DNA of 64,000 nucleotides from an uncultured virus (IMG/VR IMGVR_UViG_3300041405_000400) (Duplodnaviria > Heunggongvirae > Uroviricota > Caudoviricetes), in the IMG/VR virus record IMGVR_UViG_3300041405_000400; one strand, given 5' to 3'. Each line of letters begins with the position of its first letter. The first letter of the stretch is position 1. The notes under the pieces are model-generated. The model was not told the DNA's origin and searched no databases. It saw only the letters and a program-made list of their open reading frames with translations. The translations under genes and the position numbers were made by a program. Below, piece by piece: positions 9,351 to 19,465 of the stretch.

Positions 9351-10355
9351 TTAGGCATCACTTCCCCACGGGGTGATCATTCGCCGCGTCTCGTTTTTGA
9401 GCTTGTCCAGGTAGCCGGGCTTACGGTAATCGTATGTCTGGCGAACGTTATCCAAAGACTGCAACCGACGCCGCGCCTGCGGGTGATTGTAATCATCATT
9501 AGCGACACTGAGCCATAGGTAGGCAACCAACTCAGGGTTCTGGGTTCGAATTCTGCCGTTCAGCACGTTGTCTGCGTAGATGTACATTGCGTCCGCGTCA
9601 CCGGCAAAGGCAGCTTTGAGGTAGCAAGCACTGGCGAATTCGGTTTCACCGTTTTTCAGTGAGTAGTTACCTACGTCCATCAAAGCCTTTGGAAAGCCTG
9701 CTTTGCCAGCAAACAACAGTGCGTTTTTGGCCTCTGCGCTTGAGGACACGCGAATTGCTTTTGAGTAGTAGTAAGCCGATTCGGCATCACCTTCCTGATA
9801 GGCCATCTGGAGCAATCTTGCGCCACGGCCTGGATTATTCAGGTTCGGCTGATAGAACCCCAAATACAGCAAGCCTGCTTCACGTTGCGCTCGGACACTC
9901 GACCGGGCGGCTTTTTCAATCAGTTGCTGACCTAGGCTCACGTTCTGTGGGGTTCCAGAACCACGAAGCGTCTGCCATGCCAACACCCGCGTACCTTCGG
10001 CATAACCGGCAGCATCGGACTTCAACAGGTACGCATGCGCCTGCTCATTGTCCTGTCGAACAACGGCGCCACGGATGTAGAGCTTGGCCAGCTCGTAGTT
10101 GGCACTGCCGCTGCCAAGGTCTGCCGCTTGTTTCAGCACAGTCAAACCCTGAGTGTCGAGTCCCTGCGCAAACAGGGCGCGAGCCTGCCCTTCCAGTGCG
10201 TCAGCCTGCTGTTGAGCAGGCGAAGCGGCAACCGGCGCCACGGCTGGATAAGCCTGAACAGCACCGCTTGGTTGCGCGTATGGGTTTTCTTTCATGCTTC
10301 CACAGCCGCTGAGGAGGCTAAGGGCGGCGATCAACACAAAGGCATAGTTGCGCAT
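9351..10355 (-). CDS. Sel1-repeat (TPR-like) lipoprotein
   Basis: Lipobox LLSGC; repeated AA..G...A...L...Y..G units. Confidence 0.85.
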   Translation of the reverse strand: MRNYAFVLIAALSLLSGCGSMKENPYAQPSGAVQAYPAVAPVAASPAQQQADALEGQARALFAQGLDTQGLTVLKQAADLGSGSANYELAKLYIRGAVVRQDNEQAHAYLLKSDAAGYAEGTRVLAWQTLRGSGTPQNVSLGQQLIEKAARSSVRAQREAGLLYLGFYQPNLNNPGRGARLLQMAYQEGDAESAYYYSKAIRVSSSAEAKNALLFAGKAGFPKALMDVGNYSLKNGETEFASACYLKAAFAGDADAMYIYADNVLNGRIRTQNPELVAYLWLSVANDDYNHPQARRRLQSLDNVRQTYDYRKPGYLDKLKNETRRMITPWGSDA

Positions 10356-10387
10356 CGGATATTCCTTGTCGTGGCGTTGAGCGAAGA

Positions 10388-10870
10388 TCAGGCCTGAGCC
10401 TGGGTATCTGGCTGCGTTTTTGCAGCGGCTTTAAGTTGTTCGTGCAGATCCGGGTTACGGTGGGCGGGCTCAATTTGAAACACAGTGCCTTGTCCGTGCA
10501 TGGTAAAAACGTGCAAACCGCCTTTAAGATGCACGTAGTACTCAAAAGGCTCATCTAGGATCGGGTTGTCCAAGCGAGCGTCAACACCAAACGTAGTGTC
10601 GCTCATGGCATTGATGAACTGATCGAGGATTTCTTGGGACAAATCATCCCAGCCAAAACTCTCTAGCAACTCTTCATGGGCATAGGTGACATCACTGCAA
10701 GTGAAGCCAATTTTTGCCTGCGCAATATCGCGGATCATTCGTTGGCAAGTCTCGGAATGATAAAAGTTCTCCAGATTCTGTGTTTTATCGATCTGGTTTT
10801 GCCAAAACCTTTCCACAACATGAGGACTGATGGCGTTCAAAATGCGACTAACTCGGTCATTCAATTTCAT
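10388..10870 (-). CDS. hypothetical protein, paralogue family B
   Basis: CQRMIRDI..FGWDDL..GLHVFTMHGQGT shared with 41654 and 42067. Confidence 0.75.
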   Translation of the reverse strand: MKLNDRVSRILNAISPHVVERFWQNQIDKTQNLENFYHSETCQRMIRDIAQAKIGFTCSDVTYAHEELLESFGWDDLSQEILDQFINAMSDTTFGVDARLDNPILDEPFEYYVHLKGGLHVFTMHGQGTVFQIEPAHRNPDLHEQLKAAAKTQPDTQAQA

Positions 10871-10926
10871 GGCGCCATCCAAAGATTGATAGTGTTTTGC
10901 ATAAAAGGCATTTGGGTAATGCGCTG

Positions 10927-10965
10927 AGTATAACTAACGCACGCAACAATGTCAATGGCACTGAC
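10927..10965 (-). promoter_or_regulatory. sigma70 promoter with palindrome
   Basis: TTGACA-N17-TATACT; GTCAATGGCACTGAC at 10951-10965. Confidence 0.87.
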
Positions 10966-11007
10966 ATTTATTATTGCGGAACGATGAACTTACCCATGTT
11001 TCCTGGG

Positions 11008-12081
11008 TTACTTATCAGATCCAATCAGCTTCAGATAACCGCTGTCTGGCAATGACAGCACAGGTGAGTCCAGGCCGTTATCTTTGTTGGTGGCGGAGCG
11101 AAAAAGCTCACACAGTTCAGTGTGGACGGCGTGCATGCGCTCACTCAGCGCGGCTACCAGCTTGAGTTGGGCATCAGAATAAGCGGTTACGAACACATCA
11201 CTGTGATCTTCTTTATTGCTCACACGCCCGCCAAAGAAATCCTGTTCTGTCGATGGCGCGCCCTGCTCTTTTGCTTTATCCATCAGAAAGGTTGTCGATT
11301 GAATGATTTTGCCTTGTTCGTCACAGAGGTAATACCGCTTGCCAAAACGCACGGCGACCGCGTATTCAAAGTCGAAAGTTTTCGCCACAATGCTTTCCTT
11401 GGCCTTATGCACTGACCTTGGAAACAGATCCGTGCGATCACGCTCAAGGGCGCGGTATTTTACGACGATCACCTTCTCGCCACCTTGCAAGGACATCTTG
11501 TAAAGCTGATATGCCTCCAGCGCGATGTTATAGGGGTTACTGGTTGAGTCAGCGACAGTGGCTGGGTTGCAGTATTTTTCGATATCGCTCACTGAATCAA
11601 ACAGGATGCCGAGGTAGGACTTGGTGTCATCTTTTTTGTCGATATAGATCTTATGGATCTTTTTATCTCGTTCACCGGGAAGTCCTAGCTCATCGACCCG
11701 AATGTCACGCAAAAAACGGTAATCCATCAGTACGACAAACTTGTTGAGCTTGGTGTCGTAAAAAATGGGCGTCTTATGCGGATGATCCATTTGAGCTTCG
11801 GTGCGCTCGTAGCGCTGCACAAGACTCATTGGCAATAGGGTATTGAGATCAATTTCTTTTATTTTGATCAGCCCAGTCAAGGTGGACGTTGGAAACTTCA
11901 GCACATTGTTTTTTGCACGGATGGCTGATTCTGTTGAAAAATCACCGCGCACACCACCGACATAGACCACGCCAGCGTTTGGATTCTGAAACATGTGGAC
12001 TTCCACGTCAGTGGCCATGACAGATGAATAGCGTTCGACGTAGGTGTCGTTATCGTTGCGGTCGTATGGTTTGTTGGTCAT
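11008..12081 (-). CDS. hypothetical protein
   Basis: 357-aa ORF. Confidence 0.8.
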   Translation of the reverse strand: MTNKPYDRNDNDTYVERYSSVMATDVEVHMFQNPNAGVVYVGGVRGDFSTESAIRAKNNVLKFPTSTLTGLIKIKEIDLNTLLPMSLVQRYERTEAQMDHPHKTPIFYDTKLNKFVVLMDYRFLRDIRVDELGLPGERDKKIHKIYIDKKDDTKSYLGILFDSVSDIEKYCNPATVADSTSNPYNIALEAYQLYKMSLQGGEKVIVVKYRALERDRTDLFPRSVHKAKESIVAKTFDFEYAVAVRFGKRYYLCDEQGKIIQSTTFLMDKAKEQGAPSTEQDFFGGRVSNKEDHSDVFVTAYSDAQLKLVAALSERMHAVHTELCELFRSATNKDNGLDSPVLSLPDSGYLKLIGSDK

Positions 12082-12415
12082 TGGTTTTTATCTTGTTTGA
12101 GCGATTGTGGGATCGCCCTCTGTATCCAGACTGGGCGCGGTGCTGTGAGAAGATTCTCTTAAGCCATGTAAGACACGAGGGTAAACCGAACCCCGTGACG
12201 GTAGGCCGTCCGGATGAGTTGATCGACGGTCTGATGTCTCGGTGTATCAATGCCAGTTTGATCTTTGATCTGGCGAATCATCGATTCTTTTAGCTCGCGA
12301 GCAGCAACATCAGCTCCCGCAGTACTTTGGCGAACTGCCATAGTCGTTTCCTTTTCCGCCTCTTATTCTCGACAGCGGCAGCAGGCCGCTGAACCTAGGA
12401 AAATACTGGTGTTGC

Positions 12416-12961
12416 TTACCAGCGCTGTTGCGCTTCCCGAAGCCAATAACCTGCTGCGTAAAGACCCATGACAGCCAAAATCGTGTCATAGGCCATATAG
12501 GGCTTGATGGTTTCGTAATCAACATCCTTGGTGAACGTGAGCAGCAGGTTATCGCCTTTGAGCGGGCTGCCTTCTTCAATGAAGGCTTGAGTTTCCGTGG
12601 CGTCTCGATCATCTCGTTCCCAGGTAACTTTCGCCAGGGAGAATTCCTGGCGTTTGCCCACAACAATAAATCGGGCGTCACTCGTAGGCTCGATGGTGAA
12701 CTCACAATTGTTCAGCCAAATGGAGTCTTTGAATGTGCGTTCCAGGAAGAATTTCGTCAGCCAGACGCGTGCAGCCGTCTGATCTTCCAGTGACCATTTG
12801 CGGAAGGCTTTGCTGCCTGCGCAGACCTGATTATTCGCGAAGCCTGCCATCAGGTATTGACGGGCATTGAAATTGGGTCGATCTGGACCGTGAGAAATAT
12901 TCAGTCGCATGCCCTCATCAATGAAGTCGGTCACTTCCAGCGGATAAAGTGGGTTAGTCAT
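12416..12961 (-). CDS. hypothetical protein, paralogue family A
   Basis: AG....Q...G...F....Q.....WL motif; AAGGA RBS. Confidence 0.78.
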   Translation of the reverse strand: MTNPLYPLEVTDFIDEGMRLNISHGPDRPNFNARQYLMAGFANNQVCAGSKAFRKWSLEDQTAARVWLTKFFLERTFKDSIWLNNCEFTIEPTSDARFIVVGKRQEFSLAKVTWERDDRDATETQAFIEEGSPLKGDNLLLTFTKDVDYETIKPYMAYDTILAVMGLYAAGYWLREAQQRW

Positions 12962-12987
12962 GCGTAAATCCTTTATTTAATGGATTG

Positions 12988-13026
12988 ATTATACGTGACT
13001 GAAATTCAATTGTCAATGGTGCTGAC
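12988..13026 (-). promoter_or_regulatory. sigma70 promoter with palindrome
   Basis: TTGACA-N17-TATAAT; GTCAATGGTGCTGAC at 13012-13026. Confidence 0.88.
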
Positions 13027-13617
13027 TTAGCCCTCGAAGCGCCATTTCCGTTGCGAGACCAAACCCAAGGCTGCTTTCAGACAATCTGAAAAAGAAAAGA
13101 TTTTCGTCATTTTGTAATGGAAGGCGTCCACATTCAAAACATTGGATTGCAGGCCTTCGGGATCATAAAAGTTATAAAGTTCTCGAATTCCGATGCGGGT
13201 CAGTTTGTGATTTTCTATAACGCCAAAATAGCTCCATCGATTGAGCATGATGTTGTATGAGCCACCATATTCTACATCACATGTGAACTTTCTTTGGCAA
13301 AAAGCCAGTGGCTCCACTTCAGGGCCTGGATTCTCCAGAGTTGTCTTGAACCAAAGGAGGGCCTTAATTTGCAACTCTTTGTCGAGTCTGGAAAAGTGTT
13401 TTAGGCCTTCATTGAAGTAGTAATCGGTCAGCCCGGAAAGGATGAGTTCATGACGAGTGAAGTCGCCCTCTTCGCTTTGGATCGCTTTAGCCTTGGCAAT
13501 CAGTTTAGTTGCTCGGCTTCCTGAGATCCGATCTAATACGCTCGCGTAGGTTGGCTCAATGTATGGCTTATGCTCACTGGGCTCATCATCAAAAATTATC
13601 TCAACCCATTCAGTCAT
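13027..13617 (-). CDS. hypothetical protein, paralogue family A
   Basis: SGLTDYYFNEGLKHF..LQIKALLWF; C-terminal AALGL. Confidence 0.75.
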   Translation of the reverse strand: MTEWVEIIFDDEPSEHKPYIEPTYASVLDRISGSRATKLIAKAKAIQSEEGDFTRHELILSGLTDYYFNEGLKHFSRLDKELQIKALLWFKTTLENPGPEVEPLAFCQRKFTCDVEYGGSYNIMLNRWSYFGVIENHKLTRIGIRELYNFYDPEGLQSNVLNVDAFHYKMTKIFSFSDCLKAALGLVSQRKWRFEG

Positions 13618-13630
13618 TTTTCGATCCTTA

Positions 13631-13948
13631 TTAATTCAGGGAGCCGATCAACATGGAGTTGGCGATATCCATGTCTGATAGCCTGCTTTCCGGGTGCAAT
13701 TCGCGGTGATCGCGAACAGCCTTTTCCAGCGCTGGGCCACTTACAGCGCCTTCAGTCGCTACGAATGAAGCTGCGTCGTCTTGAGCTTGCTGGGTGTAAT
13801 AATTGGTGGATTCCAGACTGCTCATTAGCGACAGGCTGGCCAGACCGACCGTAGCAGAGATGCCATCGGATGGGGCAGAGCCGTAACCGCCTGCTTGAGA
13901 TTGACCCGCAGCAAGAATGAGGGCTGACGCTAATAGAAAACGCTTCAT
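13631..13948 (-). CDS. DUF2388-family secreted protein (Pseudomonas-type)
   Basis: Signal peptide plus AQDDAASFVATEGAVSGPALEKA..SDMDIA motif. Confidence 0.85.
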   Translation of the reverse strand: MKRFLLASALILAAGQSQAGGYGSAPSDGISATVGLASLSLMSSLESTNYYTQQAQDDAASFVATEGAVSGPALEKAVRDHRELHPESRLSDMDIANSMLIGSLN

Positions 13949-14077
13949 TTATTATACCTTTTTGTTAAATTATACCAATTCTATTGCTTATTATCCAATA
14001 AATCAAAGCTATAAAAACGACTCGACCAGCAGTATTTCAGCTGCTGGTCGATGGTTGTCGCACAATTACATGGTGAA

Positions 14078-14395
14078 TCAAAACGGGATGGCAGGCACGC
14101 CCGACAGATTCACCGAGGACAGATCCAGCTTCACGTTGTAGGCGCTGTGCAGATTTCCCTCTTTGTGAGACAGGTGCTGCAAGGTTTTAGCGTCAAACTG
14201 CACATCGTGACCGCTCTTGGTCAGATCATTGAACACATGGCCTTGATAAACCGACTTCTTGGTCTTTGTGTCATCGACACGCTTGGAGACGTGAACCAAA
14301 ACACCCTTTGGGTACATGAAACTGTGGCCGATCAGCGGCATACACTGCTCAATAGGGTGAACCTGGATGGGTTGCTGCTTTTCGTGGGACATCAT
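14078..14395 (-). CDS. hypothetical protein
   Basis: GGAG RBS; ends in IPF. Confidence 0.65.
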   Translation of the reverse strand: MMSHEKQQPIQVHPIEQCMPLIGHSFMYPKGVLVHVSKRVDDTKTKKSVYQGHVFNDLTKSGHDVQFDAKTLQHLSHKEGNLHSAYNVKLDLSSVNLSGVPAIPF

Positions 14396-14424
14396 AACTC
14401 CGTATTTTGCTCTGTTTGAGTGAC

Positions 14425-15207
14425 TTAAGCAGCCAGCTCTTCAAATGTGTACAGGTGAACAACACCAGTTTTACAAATTCCGTGATCAATCAGGCGATTA
14501 TTGCCGATCTTGATCGCGCCCTTATCTTCTACGAACACTATGTTATGCCCGCAAATGACCAATGGTGCCCCTTCAGTTCCCAGATCATCAAGATTCGCCT
14601 CGGGGCCTCTGGCCTTGCGAGTACTCACCTTGGTTCGGCCCCATACCGCAGAGTCGAGCATGTGATGGGTTTCATCGTCCAGGCTGTACACGAAGTCATC
14701 TGGCAGTGTTTCAAGCTGATCGCGCAATTCACTCCACGTGTAGTCTGGGTCTACCTCCGCATGAATCAAACCGGCAAGCATGTTGCCCTGCTCATCTTGA
14801 TATTCAATGGCCAGCGGCATATGGGCAAAGGTTTCTACGATGCGCTTCAGCTCATGATCAGTTTGACCCAACAGCCAAGTCCCGCCATTTCTCACGCAGG
14901 TTCTTGCATCTGCTGACTTGTTGATCTTGGCGTCATCGCCAGACAGCAGAAGCTCAGCCGTTTTGAACACAAAAGCACAGTGGTTACCCTGAAGGCTTAT
15001 AAACCAGCTCTCTTCCAGAAAATCCGCCGCCCGGTGACTTTCTGGGCCGCGATCTGTCAGGTCACCCAGGCAAATCAGACGATCTGTCTTTTTGTTAAAC
15101 CCTGCGGCTTCCAGCGCTTTTTCAACGAGCGTAAAACAGCCGTGGATATCGCCAATAAAGTAGTCGATGCCAAATAGATTGCGTTTCAGATAGAGGATTT
15201 TGCTCAT
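14425..15207 (-). CDS. metallophosphoesterase, PphA/lambda-type Ser/Thr protein phosphatase
   Basis: GDIHG, GDLTDRGPES, GNH, HA, GH motifs. Confidence 0.92.
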   Translation of the reverse strand: MSKILYLKRNLFGIDYFIGDIHGCFTLVEKALEAAGFNKKTDRLICLGDLTDRGPESHRAADFLEESWFISLQGNHCAFVFKTAELLLSGDDAKINKSADARTCVRNGGTWLLGQTDHELKRIVETFAHMPLAIEYQDEQGNMLAGLIHAEVDPDYTWSELRDQLETLPDDFVYSLDDETHHMLDSAVWGRTKVSTRKARGPEANLDDLGTEGAPLVICGHNIVFVEDKGAIKIGNNRLIDHGICKTGVVHLYTFEELAA

Positions 15208-15230
15208 AACTAACCTTTTGATTTTGGCTT

Positions 15231-15268
15231 ATTATACCGGCCAATCAATTGGTGTCAATACCATTGGC
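15231..15268 (-). promoter_or_regulatory. sigma70 promoter with near-palindrome
   Basis: TTGACA-N16-TATAAT; GTCAATACCATTGGC. Confidence 0.8.
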
Positions 15269-15279
15269 AGTCTCGTGCC

Positions 15280-15555
15280 TTAGTAAAATCTGTAGGTGAT
15301 GTAATATTGACCGTCATATAAAACCATGTCGATAATTTCTATGGAGCTGAACTTGTCCGATCCCTCTACAGATTTCATCAACGCCTCTTTAAGTTTGTAA
15401 AATTTCTTTCCGCCATCTTCAGAGCACCATTCTCGTACCACATGACAGGTGTACATGTGAACGTCTTGGTCGGCGTAGCCTATTTGCATTGAAATGGCTG
15501 CCATGGTCTGAGTTGAGATAATCAGACCTGCCAGTAGACTCAGTAAATATTTCAT
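15280..15555 (-). CDS. secreted hypothetical protein
   Basis: Signal peptide; AAGGGA RBS. Confidence 0.7.
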   Translation of the reverse strand: MKYLLSLLAGLIISTQTMAAISMQIGYADQDVHMYTCHVVREWCSEDGGKKFYKLKEALMKSVEGSDKFSSIEIIDMVLYDGQYYITYRFY

Positions 15556-15566
15556 GAAAAATCCCT

Positions 15567-15848
15567 TTAATACGGCGGTTTATAGGTTGTGATTCGAATT
15601 AGCTCATTAAAGTACCCGTAGGTATAAGCCCCTAGGCCGATGGCAAGCATCAAAAGTGGACTTACTTCTCTAATCCAGCTCAGCGTTACAACGGTGCTTG
15701 CTGGTATCAGAAAAAGCACCAGCAAAGCCGCCATCAAGAGCTTGGAGAATCCAGTTGGCCTCGCTGACGAGGGCATCAGTGCTGTTTTTTTCCAGCTGCC
15801 AAGGACAACGCAGATCAAAATCAGAGAAACAATCTGGGCGGTTTGCAT
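15567..15848 (-). CDS. membrane protein
   Basis: Three hydrophobic segments. Confidence 0.65.
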   Translation of the reverse strand: MQTAQIVSLILICVVLGSWKKTALMPSSARPTGFSKLLMAALLVLFLIPASTVVTLSWIREVSPLLMLAIGLGAYTYGYFNELIRITTYKPPY

Positions 15849-15858
15849 GAGGGCACCC

Positions 15859-16728
15859 CTAGCGAGGATTGATGACTTTCCGCATGGATTTTTCCATGTC
15901 AGAAATTGATTTTATGACACTGCTCAATTTCTTTCGGTCTGATGCCGGACCGATGTCGCCGCCTGGAATATCGCAGCGAGTGTCAATTTGAACATAGGCT
16001 TTCAAAAAGTTTGCATAAAGATCAACCAGTTCTTCAATCGGTTTGCCTTGCTCATCGTAGATATCAAAGTTTTCCGATGTATTAGAAATAATATTGAAAA
16101 ACTGTTCAGCCCAGGACTTCATTTGTGCAGTCATGTTCAAGGCTGTTTTGAAGCTGATTGGATTCCCCTCAAGCGTGGGCTGCTTATCAGTCAGACAATA
16201 GGCCAACACCGTTTTGGGATCGCCCTTCAGATTCCAGTCAATGTCTACTGCAAGCTGATCTTGCCGAAGTGTGCCGTCGCATAGGAAGACATCAATGTAA
16301 TCATGATCTGCCGGGAACTGGCCGAAATAGCCGGGAGCCATTGTCCAATCCGAGCGAGTTGGATCTGCCAATTCGTAACCCAGGCTTTTAATAGCCTTGC
16401 AGGTCGCTTCGTCGAATCTATCACCGGAGCGATAAGGGAGCGATGAAAACAGCTTCATCAATTTCTGAAGTTGCTGGCGCTCTTCCAGTAGCTCATTTTG
16501 GGTCTCATTGAGTTTCGTGGTCAGGACATTGTAAATGCCTTGATCACTGAGGGATGCCTCCGCGTCATCGTAAAACCCGTTTTCGTTACAGGCTGGGCAA
16601 TAAACATCCCCTTCAGCGTCTCTGCTGCACTCCTCAGAGCTGCCAAACCAGCCGCATGAACAAGCTGCGAGATAATGGTCGCCAGTAATAACTTTGAAGC
16701 GGTTCGGGTACACGTGATTTTCGTTCAT
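15859..16728 (-). CDS. hypothetical protein with N-terminal Cys-rich zinc ribbon and coiled coil
   Basis: CSCGW...C...YCPAC. Confidence 0.75.
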   Translation of the reverse strand: MNENHVYPNRFKVITGDHYLAACSCGWFGSSEECSRDAEGDVYCPACNENGFYDDAEASLSDQGIYNVLTTKLNETQNELLEERQQLQKLMKLFSSLPYRSGDRFDEATCKAIKSLGYELADPTRSDWTMAPGYFGQFPADHDYIDVFLCDGTLRQDQLAVDIDWNLKGDPKTVLAYCLTDKQPTLEGNPISFKTALNMTAQMKSWAEQFFNIISNTSENFDIYDEQGKPIEELVDLYANFLKAYVQIDTRCDIPGGDIGPASDRKKLSSVIKSISDMEKSMRKVINPR

Positions 16729-16797
16729 GAGAAACCTTTAAATTAATCGGAGTGCATTAACGGCCCGGCTACGCCGAATAAGGCCAGCAGTCGGCGG

Positions 16798-17358
16798 TTA
16801 GCCGAGGAACCGTAGTAGCTCAGGCAGCTCCTTTTCCATCCACTCGCCTTTAGGCGTCATCAGGTGCTCAATCGACTGAATTTCTAGCTCGTATTCATGA
16901 TTGAAGGCCACTTTGACCCGACCCTGAGAGTAGATGGTGTAATTACCGAATGCCTTTTTTGCTTGTTCTGCGCTAAAGGTCGGGCCGAGGACGGTGATCG
17001 CAAAGGACATGCCATTATCAAAAATGGTGTAAAGCAGCCCTTGGTCGGCGTGGCTTGCGGCCAGGATCTCTGCGTCGGTGTCCTTGGCGATGTAGCCTGC
17101 GTGTTCTTTTTGCAGAGAAACACTTTTCCCGTAGGTGCTGAATCCAGCCTTGCGCTCTCTATCCGACCCTATGGACACGAAGCCAGCAGAGATGGCCTCA
17201 AACGGGTGATCGAGCTGGCGCCAAGTTTCTTCATCGAGCACGCTGTACGCTAGAGAGCGCACAGATTGACTGTGGGTTTGTGTAGGATCGACCATGATGA
17301 AATGCTCGGCATCATCACCTGCGAGCTTGAACGTGACGTATTTTGGATTGTCGAACAT
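16798..17358 (-). CDS. hypothetical protein
   Basis: 186-aa ORF behind a promoter. Confidence 0.75.
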   Translation of the reverse strand: MFDNPKYVTFKLAGDDAEHFIMVDPTQTHSQSVRSLAYSVLDEETWRQLDHPFEAISAGFVSIGSDRERKAGFSTYGKSVSLQKEHAGYIAKDTDAEILAASHADQGLLYTIFDNGMSFAITVLGPTFSAEQAKKAFGNYTIYSQGRVKVAFNHEYELEIQSIEHLMTPKGEWMEKELPELLRFLG

Positions 17359-17387
17359 AGGATGTCCCAGCCATTAATTATCGATCT

Positions 17388-17416
17388 ATTATCTTGGTTT
17401 CCGCGCTTTTTGTCAA
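17388..17416 (-). promoter_or_regulatory. sigma70 promoter (no complete palindrome)
   Basis: TTGACA-N17-GATAAT. Confidence 0.7.
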
Positions 17417-17421
17417 TGTCA

Positions 17422-17766
17422 CTATTCAAGTTTGCTGGTGCTGACGACGGTAAAGTTGTGAAGGCTTGGGTTTTCAGCCTCAAGTACGCGGTGCAGGTAC
17501 TCCCAGCTTTCGACAGATTTGATTTCTAGGCCCAGGCAATGGATGGTTTCGGCAACACCGCCTTTGTCGCTGGCGCCATACACCCGAGCGAGCGTGTTGG
17601 GATTGGCGTCGCCAAAAATATCCTTGCTCGTGAAAATGAACACGCTGCGCGCCAGATATTCGCCTTCTTTGCAAGCCGTGGTTTTGGTGGTCTGATTCGG
17701 TGCCGCCGCGAAACATTGTGCGGTTGCGGTCATGGCCAGGATCAGTGACAAAGCAAATTTTTTCAT
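17422..17766 (-). CDS. secreted hypothetical protein
   Basis: Signal peptide; AAGGA RBS. Confidence 0.7.
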   Translation of the reverse strand: MKKFALSLILAMTATAQCFAAAPNQTTKTTACKEGEYLARSVFIFTSKDIFGDANPNTLARVYGASDKGGVAETIHCLGLEIKSVESWEYLHRVLEAENPSLHNFTVVSTSKLE

Positions 17767-17808
17767 GATGTCCTTTGGAGAAAATTGTTGTTCGATTGAT
17801 TGATGAAG

Positions 17809-18123
17809 TTACGCGTTTGAGTTGTCATACCGCGAATAGGCTTCATCCTCGAAAGATCGGAAGGGCATTTTCAGGAAGATGCGGATGTTTCGGTCAATCA
17901 GCTCTGCCAGCTCTTGGGCTTGCTGATCGTTTCTGCAACGCGAGTGAACAATCCAGTTCCGATTCAGCATCGAGGGTTCACAGGTCAGTGTTTGACAGGC
18001 ACTGAACGGATCGACGATCTTCTCAATGATCTCCTTGGCCTGCTCTGGCGTGAGGCCTGCACGGTAGTAATCTTCCAAGTGCAGCCAGATGTTGATCGAG
18101 GTGAAGTATCTCAGGGTGCTCAT
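17809..18123 (-). CDS. hypothetical protein
   Basis: Coupled to the upstream stop. Confidence 0.65.
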   Translation of the reverse strand: MSTLRYFTSINIWLHLEDYYRAGLTPEQAKEIIEKIVDPFSACQTLTCEPSMLNRNWIVHSRCRNDQQAQELAELIDRNIRIFLKMPFRSFEDEAYSRYDNSNA

Positions 18124-18416
18124 CAGTGGCGCTTCCTGGTGATTTCAGTGATTTCGTAGTGAATAACTTCAGGGTTTTCTTCTTCGACCACGAAAATATG
18201 TTCATCATTTTCGGTTGGGAAAACCGTGATCCAGTGGCCAGCAGTGGAATTAAGTTGCTTCAAGCCCAGTGCTTCGGACATTCCTTTGGCGATCTCGAAT
18301 GCACGACTGTGATCATCTAGGCCCGAACGGAAAACGATTTCTGTTTCCACGTGCTCGACTCCGGCGTTATCTTCTCGCATTTGCTGGTATACAACTCGAT
18401 AGCTCATGGGGTGCAT
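18123..18416 (-). CDS. hypothetical protein
   Basis: GGAG RBS; first gene after the promoter. Confidence 0.7.
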   Translation of the reverse strand: MHPMSYRVVYQQMREDNAGVEHVETEIVFRSGLDDHSRAFEIAKGMSEALGLKQLNSTAGHWITVFPTENDEHIFVVEEENPEVIHYEITEITRKRH

Positions 18417-18455
18417 TGCTCCGTCGTAATGCAGTCAGGCATATAATATACGAGC

Positions 18456-18494
18456 AGTATACCTAGATCTAGACCACATGTCAATGCCATTGAC
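18456..18494 (-). promoter_or_regulatory. sigma70 promoter with palindrome
   Basis: TTGACA-N17-TATACT; GTCAATGCCATTGAC at 18480-18494. Confidence 0.9.
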
Positions 18495-18503
18495 TTCGCG
18501 ACG

Positions 18504-19004
18504 TTATTCGATGGGCAGACGTCTTTTGCAGTGTGCGCAGGGTTGGTTCGCTTGTTCGTCTATGATCTGAAGCTGATCAATGGTCGAGCACTGCTCCATC
18601 CACAAAGGTGTCAGAACGCGATTGGGTAGGCTGTCTTGCCACTTTTTAATGGTCTTTACGGGGATGACCAAGGGCATCGGGCGCTTGTGCCCACCTACCG
18701 CCTTGCCGTATTGGCAGCCATGGAAATCCCAGTTTTTGTTGATCCTTACCGTGGGCACAAAGATCGCCTCGCGGCTGGCATAAAGGCTTTTGCCATCCTT
18801 GTTGACGTGATCATGAAGAGTCAGTGAGAGCATGCCGCTGTTTCTGAAATACTTGACGGGGTGATAACGCTCGTACCAATTTTTAAAATCGTCTTTCTCA
18901 AGGCTTTTCATCAGATGCGGATAGTCCACAATCCCCACGCACTCCATCCAGAACGTGCCATAGGTACTATCGTTGTGTTCGGTATGGATGATTGGAGGAA
19001 GCAT
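18504..19004 (-). CDS. hypothetical protein
   Basis: 166-aa ORF in the operon. Confidence 0.7.
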   Translation of the reverse strand: MLPPIIHTEHNDSTYGTFWMECVGIVDYPHLMKSLEKDDFKNWYERYHPVKYFRNSGMLSLTLHDHVNKDGKSLYASREAIFVPTVRINKNWDFHGCQYGKAVGGHKRPMPLVIPVKTIKKWQDSLPNRVLTPLWMEQCSTIDQLQIIDEQANQPCAHCKRRLPIE

Positions 19005-19009
19005 GGGTA

Positions 19010-19465
19010 TCAGGAGCCATTAAAGGCGTCTTTGAGACGTTGCAGCATCGATTTCACGGCTGTTTTTGGTGGCTCCAGGTGCGAGAGGTCATGGCTGAGC
19101 AGGTATTGCTGCCACAGCTTTTCGAACACATGTTCTGCGAGCTTGTAATCGTCTTGCTTTGCCATAACGCATTGACCGTTTTTCGCACCGGTATATCCAA
19201 TGGATTCAGGAAGGAAGGCAAAACTGGCCGCATTCAGCGCTTCAGCGCGCTCCCGTCCGAGCTTATCGTAACGACCAAGCCACAGCATGCGTAGGTTGTA
19301 CACCATCCTCTCTTCGGCGAGCTGTTTGGCCTTCTCCAGCGTCATGGTTTGAGGCGAACCTACCTTCCAGACGTTGAGGTCTGAATTTAGCTCGGCAAGA
19401 AAATCCTGGGTCATGGCAGGCGTCCGATTAGCGGGTGGCGGAGGTGGCTTCAGATTCGTCTTCAT
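19010..19465 (-). CDS. hypothetical protein
   Basis: 151-aa ORF in the operon. Confidence 0.65.
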   Translation of the reverse strand: MKTNLKPPPPPANRTPAMTQDFLAELNSDLNVWKVGSPQTMTLEKAKQLAEERMVYNLRMLWLGRYDKLGRERAEALNAASFAFLPESIGYTGAKNGQCVMAKQDDYKLAEHVFEKLWQQYLLSHDLSHLEPPKTAVKSMLQRLKDAFNGS

